Shown here: piece by piece, positions 1 to 10,447 of the stretch
Position numbering within the stretch: position 1 is the first letter of the stretch
How the letters are laid out: the number at the start of each line of letters is the position of its first letter
Assembly: GCA_018396535.1 (NCBI GenBank)
Contig: JAGTQC010000007.1
Coordinates: 598 to 64,597, forward strand
Direction of reading: 5' to 3'
Source of the DNA: Candidatus Bathyarchaeota archaeon
GTDB lineage: Archaea > Thermoproteota > CALKCG01 > B24 > DRYS01
Length of the DNA: 64,000 nucleotides
Program-made: the position numbers and the translations under genes
The notes under the pieces: model-generated
Databases searched by the model: none
Told to the model about the DNA's origin: nothing
The model's input: the letters and a program-made list of their open reading frames with translations, nothing else

Positions 1-1
1 A

Positions 2-121
2 GGTGTCGTAAAGAGTGCATCTGCATACTTCTTTAAGCATCCGCCAGTTCAGATAGAAAGCGATGAAGAAGCATATAGGCTACTGTTGAAGTTTATAGAG
101 GATGGAGAGGATTTAGCTTGA
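2..121 (+). CDS. 3' end of an unidentified CDS that runs in from the left window edge
   Basis: Open frame from the window start to TGA at 119-121 (…HPPVQIESDEEAYRLLLKFIEDGEDLA*). Too short to assign a family. Confidence 0.2.
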   Translation, partial: GVVKSASAYFFKHPPVQIESDEEAYRLLLKFIEDGEDLA

Positions 122-122
122 A

Positions 123-1289
123 CTAGCTTCTAATACTGATACTATATGAGAGTAGTATCGATGCTACTGTTTGGAGAGATACCGTGTAGGCTATTACTAT
201 GAGTAGTGGTATACTGTAATCTAGCATAAATCCGTATACTAAACCTGAAATCAAAAATCCAGCTCCGTATAGAGTATTGAATATCCCGTATCCAGTCCCC
301 CTATATTCTGTTGATGTTATCGTAGCTATAACTGCACGATAGACAGATTCTTGCATCCCATATATAACTCCATAGATTACCGATGCAAGTATAATCGGGT
401 GAGCCGCCCCGATAAATACTAGGATAGAAGGTATAGTAGAAGTTATCAACGGTAGGTATAGTATTCTGAGACCGATTTTATCATATAGTACGCCTGATAC
501 GATAGCTGATGGTGCATCTACAGCTTGTATAACCAGGTATATTAGAGGTATAATCCATTCATCTAGAAATATGCTTGACGCTTTATAGAGTATTAGGCTA
601 GCTGGGATGAGTCCTAAGGTGTTAACCAAAATTGCAGAAGAGTATAACCAGAATTTTATGTTTAGACTAGAAGGCTTAAACGACCCATACTTAATCTTCC
701 TGGTAGATTCTATAGGTCCTATATTCTTATATGCATAGGTTAACGTAGCTATCAAAGCCGTATATGGTATTGCTAAAACTATAAATGCATACTCATACAC
801 ACCTCTAGTGTAGAACATAACGATGGATACAATTAGGGGGCCTAATATGGCTCCCACTTGATCGAGAAATTCATGCATACCGAATGCTTTACCCGCACCT
901 ACATCCTTAGATACCATAGATATTATCGTATCTCTACTAGGCGTTCTCAAAGCTTTACCTACTCTCTCAGTTATAGTTAGTATTACTGCTATAGGCCAAC
1001 TCCATGCTATCGATAATAACGGTATAGATGCTATCAAACCATATCCTACGAAAGTTAGGCTCCAATACCTACCGGTTACATCGGCTATTAGACCTGATAT
1101 CAATCTTAGACCTAAACCTATAGAATCTCCTAAACCTGCAGCTAAACCAGTTATAGAAGCGGATGCTCCTAGATACTTTAGAAAGCTTGGTATCAACCCC
1201 CTAGCTCCTTCATAGACTATATCACCCATTAGACTTACAAACCCTAGGAGAATTATAGCCTTATAACCTCTACTATATCTGCTCGACAA
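123..1289 (-). CDS. multi-pass membrane transporter, MFS-like
   Basis: 388 aa ORF with about 10-12 hydrophobic helices and a glycine-rich loop, typical of the major facilitator superfamily. No specific family motif was read. Confidence 0.45.
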   Translation of the reverse strand: MSSRYSRGYKAIILLGFVSLMGDIVYEGARGLIPSFLKYLGASASITGLAAGLGDSIGLGLRLISGLIADVTGRYWSLTFVGYGLIASIPLLSIAWSWPIAVILTITERVGKALRTPSRDTIISMVSKDVGAGKAFGMHEFLDQVGAILGPLIVSIVMFYTRGVYEYAFIVLAIPYTALIATLTYAYKNIGPIESTRKIKYGSFKPSSLNIKFWLYSSAILVNTLGLIPASLILYKASSIFLDEWIIPLIYLVIQAVDAPSAIVSGVLYDKIGLRILYLPLITSTIPSILVFIGAAHPIILASVIYGVIYGMQESVYRAVIATITSTEYRGTGYGIFNTLYGAGFLISGLVYGFMLDYSIPLLIVIAYTVSLQTVASILLSYSISIRS

Positions 1290-1335
1290 GCTACGGGGAT
1301 AGAATCAAATAGTATCCTATAAGTATTTTTCCTTG

Positions 1336-1737
1336 CTAGCGTACGTATCCATCTATTTCTAGATGCGAATATTCTCTAAGAAATATGGTAGGTATACCTT
1401 TAGATCTAAGCTTCTTCCTAAGCTCTCTATCATTAGTAGCTACGACTGCTTCCAGCTTAATAGCTGCTTTCAATATGGATTCATCAGTATTTAATCCCCT
1501 TACTTCATCTAAATCCATGATTATACACTTCTCCTCTATCAACTTTAAAGCTAGCCTAGCTCCACGAGAATTATCCCCCATCCCATCAGCTATATGTCTA
1601 ACTTCCTCGACTATTTGAGGTAAGACTATAAACTCTACATTCCTATCGAGTAAATCCTTTACTGCTTCGAATGGATCTATACCAAACTGGAATGGAAGTA
1701 GAAGGAAATTTGAATCTAGTATAACCTTAATGGGCAT
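1336..1737 (-). CDS. PIN-domain ribonuclease, the partner conserved downstream of aIF2-gamma
   Basis: 133 aa. The N-terminus ILDSNFLL…D is PIN-like, with acidic residues spaced as in PIN nucleases. A PIN gene at this position is the conserved archaeal arrangement. Confidence 0.6.
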   Translation of the reverse strand: MPIKVILDSNFLLLPFQFGIDPFEAVKDLLDRNVEFIVLPQIVEEVRHIADGMGDNSRGARLALKLIEEKCIIMDLDEVRGLNTDESILKAAIKLEAVVATNDRELRKKLRSKGIPTIFLREYSHLEIDGYVR

Positions 1738-1744
1738 ATCCTCT

Positions 1745-2977
1745 CTACGTTTTGATTACTCCGTAACCGATAAGCCTCCACCTATCAGCTATACGTCTAC
1801 TTACAGCTATCCTTTGACCTATAGGAGCACATACAGGCCTCCTTAAATTAATATGTAGTTCATCTGATTTCACATCGTCTACTACACCCACAGTTAACGA
1901 TGTACCTACGTTAAGCAGTAGAGTCTCCCCCCTGGATATAGATGATACACGGGTAGGCTCTACTAAACCTACCACATACTCAAATAATCTATACTCCATA
2001 GTGAAGTTGTTCCATACTGGCGGCATATGATCAGGATACCCTACTATATTTCCAACCATACCATCAGCTTTAGTTAGATAAGGATCGAGTTTAGTAGCAA
2101 TACCGACTAAACCTCCACATCTAGCCTCATCTACTTCTATGGATCCATACCTCAAGCTTACGACCTCGGTGATTAGACTCCTATAGCTTCCATCCGGCAT
2201 CCTAATTCCAGGTCTAATCTCTACCTCATCCCCCACTCTGAGTCTACCTTGAACTATAGATCCCCCTATCACTCCACCTTTAAGCTCCTGTACTGGTGTA
2301 CCAGGTTTATTCACATCGAACGATCTTACGACTAGCATTAATGGAGGTTTATTTGGATCCCTCTTAGGTGTAGGTATATAATTCTCTATAGCTTCGAGAA
2401 GATAGCCTATGTTAACCTTATGCTGAGCTGAGACAGGTATTATAGGAGCATCTCTTACACCATACTCATTTAGAAACTCCCTTATCTCCTTATAGCTTTG
2501 TAAAGCTCTACTCCTATCCACTAAATCTATCTTATTCTGTACGACTACTATATTCTCAACGCCTACTATTTTTAGAGCCATAAGATGCTCCCTAGTTTGA
2601 GGCTGAGGACATTTCTCATCTGCAGCTATCACTAAAAGAGCCCCATCCATAACGGCCGCACCAGCTAGCATAGTAGCCATAAGTATTTCATGTCCTGGAG
2701 CATCTACGAAGCTTACAGTCCTCACAGGCTCAACTTTGGAGTCGCATCGATCGCATATAGGCTTATTCGTATACCTGTATGGTGGATCACAGTTACTGCA
2801 CCTATATATTACCATATCAGCATACCCTAATCTTATCGTAATACCTCTCCTAAGCTCTTCGCTATGCCTAGCAGTCCATATACCTGTAAGTGCTTCTACT
2901 AGTGTTGTCTTACCATGATCTACATGTCCAGCAGTACCGATATTACATTCAGGTATTAATCGAGGATCTATCTGCAT
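1745..2977 (-). CDS. eif2g: translation initiation factor aIF2 gamma subunit
   Basis: 410 aa. GTPase G1 motif [15 protein letters not shown]4 motif, and the zinc ribbon CSNCDPPYRY…CDRC that is characteristic of e/aIF2-gamma. Confidence 0.9.
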   Translation of the reverse strand: MQIDPRLIPECNIGTAGHVDHGKTTLVEALTGIWTARHSEELRRGITIRLGYADMVIYRCSNCDPPYRYTNKPICDRCDSKVEPVRTVSFVDAPGHEILMATMLAGAAVMDGALLVIAADEKCPQPQTREHLMALKIVGVENIVVVQNKIDLVDRSRALQSYKEIREFLNEYGVRDAPIIPVSAQHKVNIGYLLEAIENYIPTPKRDPNKPPLMLVVRSFDVNKPGTPVQELKGGVIGGSIVQGRLRVGDEVEIRPGIRMPDGSYRSLITEVVSLRYGSIEVDEARCGGLVGIATKLDPYLTKADGMVGNIVGYPDHMPPVWNNFTMEYRLFEYVVGLVEPTRVSSISRGETLLLNVGTSLTVGVVDDVKSDELHINLRRPVCAPIGQRIAVSRRIADRWRLIGYGVIKT

Positions 2978-3054
2978 AACCTATCATCTTCAATCTAGAA
3001 TTATCAAGGGTAAAGATATACCTTAACCCATCTAATCGTTAATAGTAAGACGTG

Positions 3055-3420
3055 CTATGTACGCTGGGGTGAGGGTTTCTCGACAATCTTCACGTTAACC
3101 TGCACTATATCCGCGCTTATAGTATTACCTCTCACATATACCCTCCTCCTCTCCCCCCTTCTCCTAGGTCTAAATCCCACTCCTCCACTTAGTAGAAGCT
3201 TCTTCCTACCTGGGCCATATACATCTGGTCTCATAGGGAATCCATCCCTATCTGATCCACCCGTTATCATAAGCCTGTATCCACTTAAACCTATTATACT
3301 TCCATCGAATACATCCCCTATTTTTAAACCGTAGAGTAGCCTAGCCTTTGCTTCATCTACCTCTACGGTTTTAGCCGTACCATTTTCAGGATCTGATACT
3401 ACAAGCTTGATGTTAGGCAT
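3055..3420 (-). CDS. rps6e: 30S ribosomal protein S6e
   Basis: 121 aa. Matches the S6e consensus (KLVVSDP…G…[21 protein letters not shown]…[15 protein letters not shown]…GERRR…VRG). Adjacent to eif2g, as in most archaea. Confidence 0.85.
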   Translation of the reverse strand: MPNIKLVVSDPENGTAKTVEVDEAKARLLYGLKIGDVFDGSIIGLSGYRLMITGGSDRDGFPMRPDVYGPGRKKLLLSGGVGFRPRRRGERRRVYVRGNTISADIVQVNVKIVEKPSPQRT

Positions 3421-3468
3421 TAATCCTCCCCTTCAACTGGCTAACCATCTAAGTCTCGACGCCTATGT

Positions 3469-5253
3469 TTAAACTTTTCCCCTTCTAATTCTTGTAATCT
3501 CGGTTATAAGCTCCTTATCTTCAGCTGTAAGATTTTCACCTAGCTTCTCGTACAATAATAGCTCATCCCTCTCACTTAGATATACGTATAGGATATCCCC
3601 TTCGTCGAAATGTCTACCTACCGTAGGTTTATCTATAGATATAGCAACTTTCATACCTACAGTAGCTTCAGGTATGGGCTTCCCCCTATCTTGTATCTGC
3701 TCTATCCTTCCTAATAATCTACCATCACTACGCATAAGAGGAGCGCCAGCCCTTATCCTGCCAGCTAGCACTTCTACACCTACTATAGCTGGTTTACTTC
3801 TCCTGAAAACATAACCCTGCAATACTCTCACCTTACCTGGCATAACTAGATCCTTTAACGTAAGCTTAGATAACCTATCCTTCTCAGATGAAGCCCAATT
3901 CAAGTAATCTTCTATCAAGCGATATATGATGTCATTGAAGAATATGGGGATTAAACCCATAGCCTCCTCCTCAGCTTCAGGTAGAATCCTAACATTGAAG
4001 GCTAGCACAACTCCATAGAGCGGATCACTAGCTCTACTAGCCTCAGCTTCGATAACATCTCTCCTAGTTACAGGACCTATATCAGCTATCCTCACTGGTA
4101 TATTATTACGTCTAAGTTCTGATATCAAAGCTTCAAGTGATCCTAGAGTATCAGCCTTAACGACTACGCCTATCCGATCAGTCCTAACTAGTAGATCCTT
4201 TACCTCCTCCGTGACGAGCTGCACGTATTCATCGATAGATCTACCAGGTTCGACGGCATATAACGGTGCACCTGGGATAGCCTCCTCCAACCCAGGTGCA
4301 ACTATTTTCACACCTGCCGCAGCTGCAACCTCTTCAACCTGCTCGAAACCTCCTGTAGGCATCCTTATCTCTTGTAAAGGCTTAGGTTGGAATAGTGCTC
4401 TAATCCTAGTCGATATGGGTGCTGATCTACCCATAGTAACTATTAGATCACCTCTCCTAAGAACCCCATCATATATTATAGCGTTGACCGTATGTCCTAA
4501 TCCAGGCTCTTCTAAAACTTCGATTATACTACCTCTAGCAGCTCCAGATGCTACGGTAAGCCTACTACGCATATACTGTTGGGTTATACCAACTAGAACC
4601 GCTAGAAGCTCAGGTATACCTTCACCTGTTTTAGCAGATACTGGTACTATAGCGACCTCCCTCCTGAAATCCCTCACCCTATCGAATCTATTAGAGTTAA
4701 AACCGTAGGATGCAAGACTAGATATAATACTCGATAACTTAACTTCAAGCTCAGCTACCACATATGGATCCTGCTTCCTTATAGATTCCATGAATGTAGT
4801 ATTAGGGCTGGGCCTCCAACCATCTATTAGATCTATCTTATTAGCAGCTACTAGAAACGGGACTCTCCTAGATTTTAGAAGATCTATAGATTCAACTGTT
4901 TGAGGCTCCACCCCCTTCATGACATCTATAACAAGTATAGCTATATCGGCTATCGAGCCACCCCTCCGTCTAAGGTTAGCGAAAGAATGATGACCAGGTG
5001 TATCTATGATAAGTAAACCTGGAACATCTATTCTCCATTTATATGCTTCTAATAGAGGTTTACATACAGCTCTAATAGTATCGGCTGGGAAGAAGCTTGC
5101 GCCTATATGCTGGGTTTAGGAGACCCTTCTATAAGGTCTCATCCCCCCAGCTTCCCTCATAGCTATAGCAGTACCTCTGATCTTATCTAGTAGAGTCGTC
5201 TTCCCATGATCTACATGACCTAGTACGACGACTATAGGGCTCCTTATCCTCAA
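3469..5253 (-). CDS. infB: translation initiation factor aIF5B (IF2 family GTPase), interrupted by a 24-nt in-frame insertion with a stop codon; putative BHB intron
   Basis: I translated the minus strand myself. The gene has a TTG start at 5251-5253 preceded by AGGTGA. The N-terminus reads (L)[37 protein letters not shown], then RPYRRVS-stop, then [22 protein letters not shown]…[10 protein letters not shown]…NKID… through to the C-terminus. This matches aIF5B along its whole length. The ORF track only reports the part after an internal Met (3469..4920). Confidence 0.85.
5116..5139 (-). other. putative 24-nt bulge-helix-bulge (BHB) pre-mRNA intron inside aIF5B
   Basis: In the mRNA sense the intron is AGACCUUAUAGAAGGGUCUCCUAA. 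Flanking sequence folds into a canonical hBHBh' motif: outer helix CUGGG/CCCAG (exon-exon), 4-bp central helix GGGA/UCCU, inner helix GACC/GGUC with a 9-nt loop. Two 3-nt bulges (UG|A and AA|A) sit on opposite strands, with the junctions after the second bulge nucleotide. Excision removes the in-frame UAA and restores REAGGMTQHIGA. Confidence 0.6.
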
Positions 5254-5420
5254 GGTATATCACCTTATGATCGGTAAACCTAGATTCTGAGGAGAGTTAT
5301 AAATAGTTCGATTTAGACTATCTAGGTAGGGAAATTCTTAATTACATGAATCCCATTCTGTAATTCTAGCTATACAGGAAATGATGTGATCGAGTATAGA
5401 GTATCAAGGGATGATGCATT

Positions 5421-8126
5421 ATGAATAGCATCTATGAAGTCAGATTATTCAAGGAAGAAGGGTTTAGACGTAGGAGATGCCCTTCATGTGGTAGATTCTT
5501 TTGGAGTCTAGATGAAGAACAGGTGTACTGCGGTGATCAACCTTGCGTAGAATATAGCTTTATAGGAAACCCTGTGACTAGTGTTAGGTATAGGCTTGAG
5601 GATCTACGTGAAGCATTCCTATCGTTCTTTGAAAGGAATGGTCATAAAAGGGTTAAGAGGTATCCTGTCGTAGCTAGGTGGAGGGAGGATGTATACCTAG
5701 TTGGAGCATCGATATATGCGTTCCAGCCATGGGTTACTGAAGGCATAGCTCCACCACCTGAGAATCCTCTAACTATAAGTCAACCATGTATAAGGCTAAC
5801 AGATCTACCAAAGGTTGGACGTACAGGTAGGCATCTAACTAGCTTCGAGATGATGGCGCATCATGCGTTCAATACGAGGGATGAGATTGTATACTGGAAT
5901 GATGAAACTGTAGATTACTGTTACAGATTCTATAGGGATGTATTAAAGATACCGGTTGAACATATAACCTTCATAGAAGATTGGTGGTCTGGTGGGGGTA
6001 ATGCTGGTGAAGATTTTGAAGTGGTTATAGGTGGAGCTGAAGTCGCCACCCTAGTATTTATGCATTATAGAGATAGAGATGGTGTTTTAGATGAGATGCC
6101 TGTGAAAGTTGTAGATACAGGCTACGGTTTAGAGAGGAATTTATGGATATGTTTAGGCACTCCTACCATATACGATGCAGTACATAGAGAGTTCATAAAT
6201 AAGATCATAATGGAAGCAGGTATACCTAGGATAGATGAAGATATACTTGTAGAAGTATCGAAAGCTTCGGGTAGAATGGAGAGTATAGCTGATTTAGAAT
6301 ATCAAGTTGCGAGTAGAGTTGGGCTATCCGTAGATGAGCTTCGACGAATTATGAAGCCATACAATGCCATATACGCTCTTTCCGATCATACATATACTAT
6401 AGCTTGGATGCTATGTGATGGAATAGTACCTTCTAATACAGGTGCAGGGTATTTAGCTAGACTTCTAATTAGGAGGAGTCTAAGATTTCTTAGGGAGCTT
6501 GGATTAGAGATACCGTTATCAAATCTTGTGGATCTACAAATATCACGTATAGCTAGAAGCTACCCTGAAGTCATGGATTCTAGAAGTAGCGTATTGGATA
6601 TAGTTGATGTAGAGTGTGAAAGATATCGTAGAACTATAAGCGAAGCACCTAAGATTATAGAACGTATAGTAGCGAGGAGGAGGGATAAACTCACGCTGAA
6701 CGACTTAGTAGAACTATACGATTCCTACGGTATACCTCCTGAAGTCTCTGAAGAATACTTATCTAAGCTAGGTATAGAAGTTGAGAAGGGTGATTTCTAC
6801 GCTCTACTAGCTTCTAAGCATAGTAAACCTGAGGAGGTTAAGGTTGAGGAGAAACCTATTTCAAAACTCGTAAAGGATCTACCAGCTACACGTATGCTAT
6901 ACTATGAGTATCCAGCTATGCTTACGTTTAAAGCGAGGGTTCTAAAAGCCGTGGATCGATATGTTATACTCGATTCTACATGCTTCTATCCAGAAGGTGG
7001 TGGAGCTATATCAGATATAGGTGTTATGAGATGGGAGGGGGGTGAAGCTCGTGTAGTAAACGTGGAGAAGATAGGCGATATAATAGTTCATACTGTAGAG
7101 GGGCTCCTACCGCCTATAGGTGTAGAGGTAGAGGGATACATAGATAGGGAGCGTAGGGAGCAGGTTAGGAGGCATCATACTGCTACACATATACTTATAG
7201 GAGCTGCTAGGAGACTTCTAGGTACTCATGTATGGCAGATGGGGTCGTTGAAATCCGTAGATTATGCTAGACTAGATATATCACATTACAAGAGGTTATC
7301 GTTAGATGAACTTCGATCCTTAGAGAGGATGGCTAACGAAATCGTTAGAGAGGCTAGACGTGTTAACGTATACTGGATACCTAGGGATAAGGCTGAATCC
7401 ATGTATGGATTTACACTATATCAGGGAGGTGTTTTCCCAGGTAAGATTCTGAGAGTTGTAGAGATAGAAGGGTGGGATGTAGAGGCGTGTGGAGGGATAC
7501 ATTGCGATAATACATCCGAAGTCGGATTCATAAAGATAATAGGAGCTGAGCGTATACAAGATGGTGTTGAGAGGATACACTTCGCAGCTGGTGAAGCTTC
7601 ACTTAGATATCTATGGAGTATAGAGGATACCATTAGGGATCTATCCAATATGCTCTCAGCCCCCGTTGATAAACTAGTGCTCACAGTCGGTAACCTACTA
7701 GAGGAAGTTAAGAGTCTACGTAAGGAAGTTAGAAGGCTTAGAGAAAGGATAGCTGGATCTATAGCCGCTGGCTATAGAAGTATAGAGCTTGAAGGAGGTG
7801 TTAGAATTAGTATAGCATCTATGGAAGGTGATCCTGAGACTATTATCAAAGTCTGCGAGAAGATGGTTGATAGAGATCCATCACTTATCACGATATTCTT
7901 CATACCTGGAGAAATATATAGATTGGTAGTCATGGCTGGAGACGATGCTATAGCTAAAGGGTTTGATGCAGGTAGAATAGCATCTATGATAGCTAAAGCT
8001 ATGGGTGGGGTGGGCGGTGGGAAGGCTAGGCTAGGCCAGGGTGGTAAGCTTAACCCCACGGAAGTTGAGAAGCTTTTATCCAATGTAGATAGAGTCAAAT
8101 ATATCCTGAAATCGTTAGGTGGCTGA
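5421..8126 (+). CDS. alaS: alanyl-tRNA synthetase, archaeal type
   Basis: 901 aa. N-terminal zinc-ribbon-like CPSCGRFFWS, class II core, editing-domain HxxxH motif (HHTATHIL) and CGGIHC. Confidence 0.9.
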   Translation: MNSIYEVRLFKEEGFRRRRCPSCGRFFWSLDEEQVYCGDQPCVEYSFIGNPVTSVRYRLEDLREAFLSFFERNGHKRVKRYPVVARWREDVYLVGASIYAFQPWVTEGIAPPPENPLTISQPCIRLTDLPKVGRTGRHLTSFEMMAHHAFNTRDEIVYWNDETVDYCYRFYRDVLKIPVEHITFIEDWWSGGGNAGEDFEVVIGGAEVATLVFMHYRDRDGVLDEMPVKVVDTGYGLERNLWICLGTPTIYDAVHREFINKIIMEAGIPRIDEDILVEVSKASGRMESIADLEYQVASRVGLSVDELRRIMKPYNAIYALSDHTYTIAWMLCDGIVPSNTGAGYLARLLIRRSLRFLRELGLEIPLSNLVDLQISRIARSYPEVMDSRSSVLDIVDVECERYRRTISEAPKIIERIVARRRDKLTLNDLVELYDSYGIPPEVSEEYLSKLGIEVEKGDFYALLASKHSKPEEVKVEEKPISKLVKDLPATRMLYYEYPAMLTFKARVLKAVDRYVILDSTCFYPEGGGAISDIGVMRWEGGEARVVNVEKIGDIIVHTVEGLLPPIGVEVEGYIDRERREQVRRHHTATHILIGAARRLLGTHVWQMGSLKSVDYARLDISHYKRLSLDELRSLERMANEIVREARRVNVYWIPRDKAESMYGFTLYQGGVFPGKILRVVEIEGWDVEACGGIHCDNTSEVGFIKIIGAERIQDGVERIHFAAGEASLRYLWSIEDTIRDLSNMLSAPVDKLVLTVGNLLEEVKSLRKEVRRLRERIAGSIAAGYRSIELEGGVRISIASMEGDPETIIKVCEKMVDRDPSLITIFFIPGEIYRLVVMAGDDAIAKGFDAGRIASMIAKAMGGVGGGKARLGQGGKLNPTEVEKLLSNVDRVKYILKSLGG

Positions 8127-8170
8127 AAAATCGTTAATAACTAGTCCCTACATTCTTTCTCATTGCATAT

Positions 8171-10447
8171 ATGAGCAAACTTAGTATAGCTAAATTTAGA
8201 GCTCTCGTTAGGAAGATAGCATCTGAAGCTATATCTTCAGGTGAAAGGAGGCTTATAGTTCTAGCTGGTAGAGAAAGCCTAAGGTATGGATGTCTCGCGG
8301 TACGTGCATACTGTAAGCTAGTTAAGAAGAAGGTATCGCTACTCTACAGTGCCGATACTGATCAGACTGGTGCTCTAATAGGGCTAGATAATGTTAAGGA
8401 TGAGTTGAAGGGAGTAGCTTCCCTAGATGCTTTAAGCTTAGATGAGAGTGATCTAGCTTTAGGTGGTACATGGGATCTACTTCTAGTAGACTTCTCTAAA
8501 CAGTTTAGAGCAAACGATCTAGGTAGACTAACCGAAACTGTTAGGGGTGGAGGCCTCCTATTATTCTGTATACCACCATTAGATGAATGGTTCTCTACGC
8601 TAACACCGTTCGAGAGGAAGCTTATTTCTAAACCATATACTGAGTATGATATTAAGCATTTATTCAAGAGGAGGTTTGTATCGAAAGCTTTAGAGCATCC
8701 GGGAGTATGGCTTATAGATCTAGAGAAGGGGGAAGTATATGGAAGAGAGACTAAGACTATAAGTTCTGCTCCTGCAAGATTTACCGTAAACCTCTATGGT
8801 ATACCTTTAACCGAGGATCAGCTCAAAGCTATAGAGGTTTTCCAGAAGCTCGTAGAGACTAAGGGTAAGAGCTGTCTACTAGTAATAGCCGATAGGGGTA
8901 GAGGTAAATCTGCAGCTATAGGTTTAGGGTTAGCTTGGTATGCAAAGAAGCTTATAGATGAGGGTAGATCTAGGTTTATCATACTCACCGCACCTGAACC
9001 TAGTAATATCAGAACTCTAGTAGACTTCCTAGTTAGAGGGCTTGAGATTCTAAATATCAGATATAATGTGAGAGAGGTTGGTGGAGTTATACGTAAGGTT
9101 GAAGTAGATGGTGTAGAAGTAGCCTATACGCAGCCAGTCACAGCGGCTAAGAGTAAAGTCGCTGTCAAAGTAGTAGATGAGGCTGCAGGTATACCTATAC
9201 CTTTACTCTTAGGTATACTCAAAAATTCTAAGATATCCATTTTCTCTTCGACGATACACGGCTACGAAGGAGCTGGTAGAGGTTTCTCGGTTAGGTTTAT
9301 GAAAGCTCTTAAAGAAGATCCTAGACTTAACGTAGAGTATGTAAAGTTAGAAACCCCGATAAGGTATCCTAAGGATGATCCTATAGAAAGATGGCTCTAT
9401 GACATGCTCCTCCTCGACGCTGAGCCTGATAAAATTGAAGGTGAACCCTCATTAGATCTAGTGAGCTATAAACGTATAGATAAGGATGATCTATTCAGGG
9501 ATGAAAGCATCCTCAGAAGCCTATATGGTATATACGTGTTAGCGCACTACAGGAATAGACCTAACGATCTAGCTATACTATTGGATGCGCCTCATCATTC
9601 AGCTAGAGCGTTGATATATAATGGAAAGGTTATCGTAAGTTTATGGGTTGCAGAAGAGGGCGGTTTAACATTCGCATCGAGAGATGATATGCTTAGAGAA
9701 GCTGAAGCTTCAGGTCACGTTATACCTAGCCGTGTCGCTCTACATTGTAGTGTTCTAGATTTCTTCAAATTGAAGGGTTTACGAATCGTACGTATAGCTA
9801 CGCATCCAAACTTCACTGGTAGAGGTTTCGGATCTAAAGCTCTAAGTATGCTTGAATCCGAATCTTCAGGTATATATCATTGGATTGGAGCTAGCTTCGG
9901 CGCATCCGAAGAGCTTGTAAAATTCTGGACTAGGAATGGGTATATCCCAGTGCATCTAAGCCCTTCTATAAACCCTGTTTCAGGAGAGTATAGTTTGATA
10001 GTGATTAAACCGTTAACAGAGGAAGCTTATGAGTATGTAGCTCAAGCTAACGTCGAATTCAGGGTGCGTTTGCTCGAAAGCCTATACGATGTATACTCGA
10101 AGCTTAAGCTCGATATAGCTAGACTCCTACTATCGGTAGGTCTTGGAGGTATGCGTATAGAACTTACAAGAAGCCAGGAGGATAGAGTAAGAGAGTATAG
10201 CAGAGGTATGTTGAGCTATGAAGCTTCATGCGATTCTGTGAAAGCTCTAGCTAGGATACACTTCCTATCTAAACCCGATGAAAGGGTTAAATTCGAAGAT
10301 TACGAAGAGAAATTGATGATAGCTAAGCTATTCATGGGTATGGATTGGGAGTCTATAAGGAGGATCCTTAAGATAGATAAACCTTTAGATTGTATGAGAA
10401 GAATAGCAGGTAGAATGGTGGAATGCTATTTGGATAGATCAGGCTAA
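8171..10447 (+). CDS. tmcA: tRNA(Met) cytidine acetyltransferase TmcA (NAT10/Kre33 homologue)
   Basis: 758 aa. P-loop GRGKSAAIGLGLAW in a helicase-like module, followed by a GNAT acetyltransferase module (RIATHPNFTGRGFGSKAL). This architecture and size are typical of archaeal TmcA. Confidence 0.7.
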   Translation: MSKLSIAKFRALVRKIASEAISSGERRLIVLAGRESLRYGCLAVRAYCKLVKKKVSLLYSADTDQTGALIGLDNVKDELKGVASLDALSLDESDLALGGTWDLLLVDFSKQFRANDLGRLTETVRGGGLLLFCIPPLDEWFSTLTPFERKLISKPYTEYDIKHLFKRRFVSKALEHPGVWLIDLEKGEVYGRETKTISSAPARFTVNLYGIPLTEDQLKAIEVFQKLVETKGKSCLLVIADRGRGKSAAIGLGLAWYAKKLIDEGRSRFIILTAPEPSNIRTLVDFLVRGLEILNIRYNVREVGGVIRKVEVDGVEVAYTQPVTAAKSKVAVKVVDEAAGIPIPLLLGILKNSKISIFSSTIHGYEGAGRGFSVRFMKALKEDPRLNVEYVKLETPIRYPKDDPIERWLYDMLLLDAEPDKIEGEPSLDLVSYKRIDKDDLFRDESILRSLYGIYVLAHYRNRPNDLAILLDAPHHSARALIYNGKVIVSLWVAEEGGLTFASRDDMLREAEASGHVIPSRVALHCSVLDFFKLKGLRIVRIATHPNFTGRGFGSKALSMLESESSGIYHWIGASFGASEELVKFWTRNGYIPVHLSPSINPVSGEYSLIVIKPLTEEAYEYVAQANVEFRVRLLESLYDVYSKLKLDIARLLLSVGLGGMRIELTRSQEDRVREYSRGMLSYEASCDSVKALARIHFLSKPDERVKFEDYEEKLMIAKLFMGMDWESIRRILKIDKPLDCMRRIAGRMVECYLDRSG

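Noticed and set aside
4211-4708. 165-aa plus-strand ORF
   Set aside because: It lies entirely antisense within the aIF5B coding region. Its composition is low-complexity and Ser/Pro/Thr-rich, typical of antisense frames in AT-biased genomes.
5101-5160. Alternative readings of the infB interruption as a pseudogene, a sequencing error, or an intein
   Set aside because: It cannot be an intein, because 8 codons have no intein blocks. A simple frameshift or error is unlikely, because the insert is exactly 24 nt, in frame, and forms a perfect hBHBh' motif with exon-exon pairing. The pseudogene alternative is kept as the refutation condition rather than dismissed.
7421-8098. Two minus-strand ORFs of 87 and 108 aa
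   Set aside because: Antisense to alaS. There is no independent support for either.
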